A stretch of 64,000 nt of DNA from Gammaproteobacteria bacterium (lineage in GTDB: Bacteria > Pseudomonadota > Gammaproteobacteria > Eutrophobiales > Eutrophobiaceae): the NCBI GenBank assembly GCA_965215365.1, contig CBDCDS010000003.1:2240001-2304000 (forward strand). Direction: 5' to 3'. The position numbers and the translations under genes were made by a program. This document shows, piece after piece, positions 57,007-64,000 of the stretch (its first letter is position 1; every line of letters begins with the position of its first letter). The notes below the pieces were generated by a model that worked only from the letters and a program-made list of their open reading frames with translations, did no database searches and was not told the origin of the DNA.

Positions 57007-58095
57007 ATGGCATGTTACCATCGGCACTTTTACACTTTCCTCGTATCGGCGCTGGCAATCACGTTGTCCGGTTGCCAGTCGGCGTTTGGGCCGCAGGCGT
57101 TGGAGAGTACGCATCCTGCCTATAATGAGGCGATTATTGCTTCGATTAACGAGCAAATGTTGCAGAACCTGGTGCGTATGCGTTACCGGGATGTGCCGTT
57201 TTTCCTGGAAATCGGCAGCGTGACCGCGAGCCTGTCGCTGGGAGCCAATGCCGGGGTCGATGCCGGGGTTGATTTCGGTGGCAGTGAAAACCTCAGCCCC
57301 AACCTGGGCCTCTCATACGCCGACAGGCCAACTATTTCCTACACGCCTTTGCAGGGCGAGGATCTGTTGAAAAGCCTTCTTAGCCCCCTGCAACTGGAAG
57401 ACATCCTGGTGTTGACGCAGTCCGGCTGGAATATCAGCCGGGTGTTCGGGCTGTGTTTTGAGAGGATCAACAACCTGTACAACGCGCCCAATGCCTCCGG
57501 GCCAACACCAGACACCGAGCCGAACCATGAAGCATTCAACCGGCTCATGGACGCGCTGCGCATATTGCAGAAAAACCAGCTCATGGAAATTGGCTCTGAT
57601 GGAGAGGACGGGATCATTATCAAGCTCATCAGGGATAGCACCAGATACAGGGCTGAAATCGACCGGGTGTATGATTTGCTGGAGCTGGACCGGAACCGGG
57701 ATAAATTCAGTCTGGCCACCGATTTTCTGACCATGGACAATACCCAATGGACTGTGCGCACCCGTTCCATTTCCGGCCTGCTGTATTACCTGTCACACAA
57801 TGTGCAAGCGCCGCCGCCGCATCGGGGCGCGCTGGTAACGGACACCCGGCTCAGGGCCGGTGGCGGCTCATTCAACTGGAGCGACACCCCGGCAGGACGC
57901 CTGTTTAGGGTCAATACCAGCACCGAACAACCCGCGCACGCCTACATCGCCACCCGCTACCGCGGCCACTGGTTTTACATTCAAGACTCCGATCTGGAAA
58001 CCAAATCCACCTTCAGCCTGCTGCGCCAGTTATTCGACCTGCAAGCCGGGCAAAAACAGTCAACCGGGCCGGCGTTGACGCTGCCGGTGAGGTGA
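57007..58095 (+). CDS. Hypothetical lipoprotein
   Basis: Lipobox LSGC; LQNLVRMRYRDVPFFL, PTISYTPLQGE, YRGHWFYI..DLETKSTF. Confidence 0.8.
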   Translation: MACYHRHFYTFLVSALAITLSGCQSAFGPQALESTHPAYNEAIIASINEQMLQNLVRMRYRDVPFFLEIGSVTASLSLGANAGVDAGVDFGGSENLSPNLGLSYADRPTISYTPLQGEDLLKSLLSPLQLEDILVLTQSGWNISRVFGLCFERINNLYNAPNASGPTPDTEPNHEAFNRLMDALRILQKNQLMEIGSDGEDGIIIKLIRDSTRYRAEIDRVYDLLELDRNRDKFSLATDFLTMDNTQWTVRTRSISGLLYYLSHNVQAPPPHRGALVTDTRLRAGGGSFNWSDTPAGRLFRVNTSTEQPAHAYIATRYRGHWFYIQDSDLETKSTFSLLRQLFDLQAGQKQSTGPALTLPVR

Positions 58096-58127
58096 CCTGA
58101 CAGGGGGTTGCAGCCGATCATAACGGT

Positions 58128-58715
58128 ATGGCTCACTCTGAACAACTTATCTTAGCCTCTTCGTCGGTGCATCGCCGGGCGTTGCTGGAACGGTTGCGGC
58201 TGCCGTTCCGGTGTCATGCGCCGGGGATAGACGAAACTCCGCAGCCGGGGGAAGCGCCGCCGGCTTTGGTAGAGCGCCTGGCACTGGCAAAAGCCCGCGC
58301 GGTTGCCCGGTTCTATCCGCAGGCGCTGATCATTGGCTCAGACGAGGTGGCGGCGCTGGACGGGCGCATTTTCCCGAAGCCGGCAGACCCTACAGCCGCG
58401 CGGCGCCAGCTCGAAACCATGTCCGGCCGTGAGGTGGAGTTCCTGACAAGCGTGTGCCTTCTCAACAATGCCACCGGACGCCACCAACTCGACACGGTGG
58501 CCGTACAAGTCCGGTTCAGGCCGTTGACACAAGCCGAGATACGACGCTATCTGGATATCGACAAACCCTACGACTGCGCCGGCAGCTTCCGCTCCGAAGC
58601 CGGCGGCATCACTCTGGTGCACCGCATCAGCAGTAATGACAACACCGCGCTACTAGGCCTGCCGTTGATAACCCTGCAAGAGATGTTGCGCAACGAGGGT
58701 TATGAGATTCCTTGA
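58128..58715 (+). CDS. Maf family nucleotide pyrophosphatase (YceF-like)
   Basis: LILASSS, IDET, IGSDEV, DCAGSFRSE, LLGLPL. Confidence 0.93.
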   Translation: MAHSEQLILASSSVHRRALLERLRLPFRCHAPGIDETPQPGEAPPALVERLALAKARAVARFYPQALIIGSDEVAALDGRIFPKPADPTAARRQLETMSGREVEFLTSVCLLNNATGRHQLDTVAVQVRFRPLTQAEIRRYLDIDKPYDCAGSFRSEAGGITLVHRISSNDNTALLGLPLITLQEMLRNEGYEIP

Positions 58716-58838
58716 AGTAAGCCGAGTCAGCTATTGGGATTACTCACTTTTCCCTGTAAGGCGAGAATACGATAGGGTGCCTCTATTACACCAGGTGACC
58801 TCATGTCTCTTATCCTCATTGCTCTCGGGCTACAACTG

Positions 58839-59795
58839 CTAAAATATCCTTGCGCTGTTCCTGAATAAGGTGCCCAGTTCCTTTGAGAACTGTTCCAGCA
58901 GGGTGTCGCGGTAGGTGAAATCCACAATATCTTCGGCGCCAATGAGCTCACGGGCGACATAGTCGGCGTTGCCCAGGCCATCGATCAGGCCCAGCCCCAG
59001 CGACTGCTCGCCGGTCCATATCAGCCCGGAGAAAATCCGCTCATCTTCACTCAGGCGGTCGCCACGGGCCTGCCTGACGGTTTCCACAAATTGCTGATAG
59101 ACATTATCCAGCAATGCGTTCACGTGTGCGACTTCTTCATCTTGTGTCGGCTGGAAAGGATCCAAAAATGCCTTATTGGCGCCGGCGTGATAGACGCGCC
59201 GTTCCATGCCCAGTTTGTTCAGCGTATCAACGAAACCGAAACCGCCCATGACCACCCCGATGGAGCCGACTAGACTGGCCTTGTCGGCGTAAATCCGGTC
59301 CGCAGCCACGGCGACGTAGTAGCCGCCTGAGGCGCACAGGTCGCCGATGACTGCATACACCGGAATGTCCGGATGTTCGCTTTTCAGACGGTTGATTTCA
59401 TCATTGACATAACCGGCCTGCACCGGACTGCCGCCGGGGCTGTTGATGCGGAGAATAATGCCGGCCGTCTTGTCGTCTTCATAAGCGGCGCGCAAACCGG
59501 CCGCCACGTAGTCGGCACCGGCGGGTTCACTACCGATAATCACGCCTTGAATATCTATCAACGCAGTATGCTGTGCGCGCTCCAAACGGGCGCTGGAAAT
59601 ATCCGTGCCGTCGCTGAGGAAAATGACCAGCAACAGGATCACCACCCCGGTGCCGAACAGTTTGAAGGCGATACCCCAGCGGCGCGCGCGCCGCTGTTCG
59701 GCCAGGAACTCCCGGGCAATACCGTTTACCAGGTCCTGTTCGATGCGTGCATCGGCTTCCTTCCTGCTGTCATTCTCTAGCCAGGGAGCACTCAT
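58839..59795 (-). CDS. sppA: S49 family signal peptide peptidase
   Basis: RINSPGGSPV, CASGGYY, VGSIGV. Confidence 0.93.
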   Translation of the reverse strand: MSAPWLENDSRKEADARIEQDLVNGIAREFLAEQRRARRWGIAFKLFGTGVVILLLVIFLSDGTDISSARLERAQHTALIDIQGVIIGSEPAGADYVAAGLRAAYEDDKTAGIILRINSPGGSPVQAGYVNDEINRLKSEHPDIPVYAVIGDLCASGGYYVAVAADRIYADKASLVGSIGVVMGGFGFVDTLNKLGMERRVYHAGANKAFLDPFQPTQDEEVAHVNALLDNVYQQFVETVRQARGDRLSEDERIFSGLIWTGEQSLGLGLIDGLGNADYVARELIGAEDIVDFTYRDTLLEQFSKELGTLFRNSARIF

Positions 59796-59810
59796 ATCAG
59801 GCCCGTTTTA

Positions 59811-61832
59811 TCAGCTTTCCTCAGCGCTTGCGGTGGCTGTGGCTGCCTTTTCTTCAGCCGGTTTCGTCTTCGCTTCCGCAGCTTTGTCTGACTGTCTCCG
59901 ATTGCGGCTGTTGCGCCCCCGCCCGGACTGTCGGGATTGCCGTTTGTCGCCCCCCCTCTGCTCGCGCCCGCCCTGCCGCTGCTGACCGCCAGAGCCTGAA
60001 CCGTCGTTTCTACGCGCAGAACTCCGGCGTTGTGGTTGCCTGCCTGAACTGCCACCTGAATGCCTGCCTCTGCCTCTGTTGCCAGAGGCCGGGCGCCGCG
60101 GTTGCTCCGGTTCCGGGGGCGGGGCTTGTTGTTGCGTTTCTGCCTCAGCGTGGAACAGCTTGTCCAGCAGTCTGCTCACCAGTCCTTTGTCCTTGACCGC
60201 CCGGGCCGATGGCGCCGGACGGGCCGGCATAATCTGGGTTAATGCGGGCTTCTCCCGAGGCCTGCGTTTGTCGCCGGGCGTGGCGTCAACAGCTTTGCTC
60301 TGTTTTACCTCGGCAAACTTATAGCTCTCCTGACGGGACTCATCCGATACAGAATCGGACAGGTTAATACGCTGAATCTGGTATTGCGGCGTTTCCATGT
60401 CCGGGTTCGGACTGATAATGATTTGCACATCAAGACGTTGTTCTATGTCCCTGATATCCTGTCGTTTTTCATTCAATAAATAGGTGGCGGCATCCACCGG
60501 CAACTGTGCAACCACTTTGGCGGTCAGCTCTTTCATGGCCTCTTCCTGAATAATCCTCAACACGGCCAGAGACAATGATTTTATGTCCCGGATGCTGCCC
60601 TGGCCGTCGCAACGCGGACAAGGGATATGGCTGGATTCTCCCAGGGACGGGCGTAACCGCTGACGCGACATTTCCAACAGTCCGAAGCGTGAGATGCGCC
60701 CCGTTTGTACTCGGGCGCGGTCCACCTTTAACCCCTCCCGCAGCCGGCTCTCAACCGCGCGCTGGTTTCTGCTGCTCGTCATGTCGATGAAATCAATGAC
60801 AAACAGGCCGCCCAGGTCGCGCAGGCGTAATTGCCGGGCAATCTCGTCGGCGGCCTCAAGGTTGGTCGTCAACGCGGTTTCTTCAATGTCCTCGCCGCGG
60901 GTTGCGCGCGCCGAATTGATGTCTATTGAGGTCAGCGCTTCGGTGTGGTCAATAATCAGCACGCCGCCGGAGGGGAGTTGCACTTCCCGGGAAAAAGCAG
61001 TTTCGATTTGCCCTTCGATCTGGTAGCGACTGAACAGCGGGTCACTGCCGGAATACAGTTTCAGCTTTGGCAGGTTATGGGGCATGACCTGTTCCATGAA
61101 GTCCCGGGCGCGATGGAACACGTCATTGTCGTCAATCCGGATTTCAGCTATATCATTTCTGAGATAATCGCGAATGGCCCGGATAATGACTTCACTCTCT
61201 TGGTAGATGAGAAACGGGGCGGCCTTGTCGTTGGAGGTTGATTTGACGGACTCCCAGAGCATCTTCAGATAGTCCAGGTCCCACTGCAATTCCTCGGCGC
61301 TTTTACCCACGCCGGCAGTGCGCAGGATCAGCCCCATGCCTTGTGGTATTTCCAGGGTGCTCAGCGCCTCGCGCGCGTCACTGCGGTCATTGCCTTCAAT
61401 TTGTCTGGATACGCCTCCGGCTCTGGGGTTATTGGGCATCAGCACCAGGTAGCGCCCGGCCAGACTGATGAACGTAGTCAGTGCCGCGCCCTTGTTGCCG
61501 CGCTCTTCCTTCTCTACCTGGACAATGTACTCCTGCCCCACCTCCAGGGCTTCCTTGACAATGGCGCGGCTGTGGCCGTTGTCGCCATTTTTGGGTTTGA
61601 GCAGGGTGCGGGCGATTTCCTTAAAAGGCAAAAACCCGTGACGCTCGGCACCGAAATCCACAAATGCGGCTTCAAGACTGGGCTCAATCCTGACAATCCG
61701 ACATTTGTAGATGTTTGACTTTTTCTGTTCCCGTCCTGTCGATTCTATATCAAGATCATACAGGCGTTGGCCGTCCACTAGCGCCACCCGCAACTCTTCC
61801 GGTTGAGTCGCGTTTATCAACATTCTTTTCAT
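59811..61832 (-). CDS. rne: Ribonuclease E
   Basis: [42 protein letters not shown]; Arg-rich C-terminal region. Confidence 0.98.
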   Translation of the reverse strand: MKRMLINATQPEELRVALVDGQRLYDLDIESTGREQKKSNIYKCRIVRIEPSLEAAFVDFGAERHGFLPFKEIARTLLKPKNGDNGHSRAIVKEALEVGQEYIVQVEKEERGNKGAALTTFISLAGRYLVLMPNNPRAGGVSRQIEGNDRSDAREALSTLEIPQGMGLILRTAGVGKSAEELQWDLDYLKMLWESVKSTSNDKAAPFLIYQESEVIIRAIRDYLRNDIAEIRIDDNDVFHRARDFMEQVMPHNLPKLKLYSGSDPLFSRYQIEGQIETAFSREVQLPSGGVLIIDHTEALTSIDINSARATRGEDIEETALTTNLEAADEIARQLRLRDLGGLFVIDFIDMTSSRNQRAVESRLREGLKVDRARVQTGRISRFGLLEMSRQRLRPSLGESSHIPCPRCDGQGSIRDIKSLSLAVLRIIQEEAMKELTAKVVAQLPVDAATYLLNEKRQDIRDIEQRLDVQIIISPNPDMETPQYQIQRINLSDSVSDESRQESYKFAEVKQSKAVDATPGDKRRPREKPALTQIMPARPAPSARAVKDKGLVSRLLDKLFHAEAETQQQAPPPEPEQPRRPASGNRGRGRHSGGSSGRQPQRRSSARRNDGSGSGGQQRQGGREQRGGDKRQSRQSGRGRNSRNRRQSDKAAEAKTKPAEEKAATATASAEES

Positions 61833-62058
61833 GGTAAATGTCCGTTACGCAATGGCTCAGCGCCGCTCCGGTCTGTGGCCGGGGCAGCACCCGGGCCAGC
61901 CACCGGCCGGGAGCCATGTTAATCTGTTAGCGCGCAGCCGTCTCGCAGCAGCGACTTCAAGTCCGGAGCGGCCCTGACACGGCCTGTTCAGGCCTGACCT
62001 GGAGGCGCCGCTAAAAATCAGAGACACCATCAATACCGTTCCCGGGCTATCGAATATA

Positions 62059-62089
62059 TAGGCCACCTCTAACAATCAGAGGCACCTCA
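62059..62089. mobile_element. Minimal 'ends-only' MITE A derivative in the rne leader region
   Basis: TAGGCCACCTCT-AACAATC-AGAGGCACCTCA. Confidence 0.45.
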
Positions 62090-62275
62090 AACATGTCCAT
62101 CGTGGAATTGTCAGGGCGGGACTGAATTCTCTAACCGGTGAAGGTCAGTCGTTCTATCTCAAATTCTACAGTTGTTGCAGACAAGTGCCCTGATATGGCC
62201 TATCCTAGCAGGATAGTTCGATTGTCAACTCAAGCGCGCATACTGTAACATATCCGCCGCGCTACCACAATAAGG

Positions 62276-63407
62276 TGTCCAGGTTCAATACATATGAGAC
62301 TCAGAGGCAGGCTGTGTGAGTTGTTGATAATACTCCATTGGGGTTAATAAACCAATACCGTCATGCGGGCGGTAGGTATTGTAGTATTGCTGATACTCTG
62401 CCAGTTTGCGGTTGATGGCGGCCACGGTCAGTGGGCCCTCGTAGAACGGATAGAACTCATAGCGGCTGGTGGCATTGGCGCGTTCTACACAGCCGTTGTA
62501 TTCGGGTTTTTTCGGGGGCAGCACGTACAGGGGGATTCCTAAGTCCTGGCAAGCCTGCTCGAACTCATCTCGGAACTCCGAGCCGCCATCGACCTGGATA
62601 GAACGGATGGGAAACGGCGCCTCACCGAGCAGCGCTTTTAAGAAGCGCCGGGCATTGCCACTGGTGGCCCGACTGTAGGCTCGCAGCGCACTCCATTTGC
62701 TCACCGGACAGACGGCCTTGAACTCCTTCACCGTGATGCCGTCCGTGAAGCCGACACTCATGTGGTCTATCTGCATCAACTCCCCTGGCGCCTTAGCCTT
62801 CATCCCGTAGCGCCAGCGCTTGGCATGATGGGTAAACGCCCGGCGGCGCTTAGGCTTCACCCGGCCATAGTAAAACGCCACCGGCTTGACCCGACCCAGC
62901 CGCACCAGCTTCGCCACGATGCGCCCGACCGTACTCTCGCTCAAAGTCCAGCCCTGCTCGCGCACCCCCACCCGCCAGAGCTTACGCTTACCCCATAACG
63001 GATAACGTTGGCGAAGGTGCAAGACCTGCTGCTCGTGCTGGCGCGTCCATTGCGGCACACGCCGCCGCCGCGGCGCACGAGAGCCACACCCCAGACCCTT
63101 CAGCCCATGTTCACGATACCGCTTCAACCAACGGTAGTAGGTCGCCCTCGACCAACCTACTGCTGCCAGTGCCGTCGCCTCACCACACCCATCCTCGCGT
63201 AACGTCGCAACCAATTCCAACTGCTTCAAACGACCGCGCGCGTCAGCATCGGTAGTATCATCGACGCGCCAACTGCGATATGATTTCACCCGCAGGCTTT
63301 TGATCTGCATCGGGTAGTCCTCCTGTGTCAATTAGTTGAGATTAATTCACACACAGACTACCCGATTTCTTTATCTAAAGAGTCTCACTTGTTTCTGAAC
63401 CCGGACA
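62276..63407 (-). mobile_element. IS481-family insertion sequence, apparently intact (1132 bp)
   Basis: TGT...ACA termini; imperfect TIRs TGTCCAGGTTCA..TGAGACTC / TGTCCGGGTTCA..TGAGACTC; TAAGG duplicated at 62271-62275 and 63408-63412. Confidence 0.9.
62285..63310 (-). CDS. IS481-family transposase (HTH + rve integrase core)
   Basis: SRATYYRW HTH; QIDHM, QVDGGSEF, NGCVER DDE triad; YNTYRPH; AGGAGG RBS before ATG 63310. Confidence 0.92.
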   Translation of the reverse strand: MQIKSLRVKSYRSWRVDDTTDADARGRLKQLELVATLREDGCGEATALAAVGWSRATYYRWLKRYREHGLKGLGCGSRAPRRRRVPQWTRQHEQQVLHLRQRYPLWGKRKLWRVGVREQGWTLSESTVGRIVAKLVRLGRVKPVAFYYGRVKPKRRRAFTHHAKRWRYGMKAKAPGELMQIDHMSVGFTDGITVKEFKAVCPVSKWSALRAYSRATSGNARRFLKALLGEAPFPIRSIQVDGGSEFRDEFEQACQDLGIPLYVLPPKKPEYNGCVERANATSRYEFYPFYEGPLTVAAINRKLAEYQQYYNTYRPHDGIGLLTPMEYYQQLTQPASESHMY

Positions 63408-63520
63408 TAAGGCATCTGTAAAAATGTCTGGAAGGCATTTTTGCTGTGTAAATTTTCAAAATTTATATACTGTCGGGGTGTGCAGCACCCCCGATCATGG
63501 GAGTTTAGAGATTCCCAATA
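63408..63520. mobile_element. MITE A copy abutting the IS481
   Basis: TAAGGCATCTGTAAAAA...TACTGTCGGGGTGTGCAGCACCCCCGATCATGGGAGTTTAGAGATTCC. Confidence 0.8.
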
Positions 63521-63543
63521 TCATTTTCGCGATGTCGTTGAGC

Positions 63544-64000
63544 ATGTCACAACCAACGCATAAAAAAACCAGGGCCGGCAATATCACCATTGACGCGGAG
63601 CAGTCTGGCCGGCGTATTGATAACTTCCTGGTCTCCTTTTTCAAGCGGATGCCCAGAAGTCGCATCTATCAAATGCTGAGACGCGGCGAGGTCAGGGTCA
63701 ACGGCGGTCGTATCAAGCCGGAATATCGCCTGCAGGCGGGGGATGCCATCCGTATCCCGCCGGCGTATGAGATCAAGCCCGACGCGCCCGAGACTGCGCC
63801 GGCGCGCTTGGTTGACATGCTCGGGCGTTGCGTCATCCATGAGGACGCACGGGTTATCGTCATCAATAAACCTGCAGGATTGCCCGTACATGCCGGCAGC
63901 GGGAGTTATTTCGGCGTGATAGAGTTGTTGCGAACATTGTTCCAGCGGGAGGACGGCTTGAATCTGATCCATCGTCTGGACAAGGAAACTTCCGGCTGCC
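63544..64000 (+). CDS. rluC: 23S rRNA pseudouridine synthase C (partial, runs off window)
   Basis: Manual translation GRRIDNFL..RIYQMLRRGEVRVN..INKPAG..HRLDKETSGC; divergent from rne. Confidence 0.95.
   Translation, partial: MSQPTHKKTRAGNITIDAEQSGRRIDNFLVSFFKRMPRSRIYQMLRRGEVRVNGGRIKPEYRLQAGDAIRIPPAYEIKPDAPETAPARLVDMLGRCVIHEDARVIVINKPAGLPVHAGSGSYFGVIELLRTLFQREDGLNLIHRLDKETSGC

Noticed and set aside
1-64000. tRNA, rRNA, prophage or integron integrase
   Set aside because: None recognised by eye; no tyrosine or serine recombinase or phage structural genes among the ORFs.

Overview
GC-rich bacterial chromosome segment, most likely a gammaproteobacterium. The accessory gene content (Calx-beta/FN3 adhesin, RTX protein, short coiled-coil ORFs, NHLP RiPP, many AAA-DUF4143 paralogs) resembles marine invertebrate or sponge symbionts; that habitat is inferred. 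Core loci: rpsG-rpsL, rdgB-rph/yicC, metK, mtaB, aa3 oxidase operon (coxB-coxA-ctaG-coxC, SURF1), queG, maf, sppA, rne, rluC. Metabolic blocks: serine-cycle-type sga-mcl-mtkAB-hpr operon, purine catabolism (uraD, puuE, alc, PRTase) and a xanthine-dehydrogenase-family Mo enzyme. Main accessory observations: (1) a compact NHLP/proteusin-type RiPP cluster whose precursor has a 5-residue core (LRCCI), with a SAM methyltransferase as the only tailoring enzyme in the locus, bracketed by repeat elements; (2) a giant adhesin gene whose 5' (ACAGCCGC)8 tract would put an upstream ATG in frame at 7 copies (candidate phase-variation switch) and which carries a second internal frameshift; (3) four divergent AAA+/DUF4143 nuclease-ATPase genes, three with a distinct inverted repeat at the start; (4) two interlinked families of modular MITEs with YTAR-type ends that supply start and stop codons to host genes; (5) an intact IS481, an IS4 stub and a type ISP R-M remnant. 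All calls come from reading the sequence and recalled family motifs; no searches were run.
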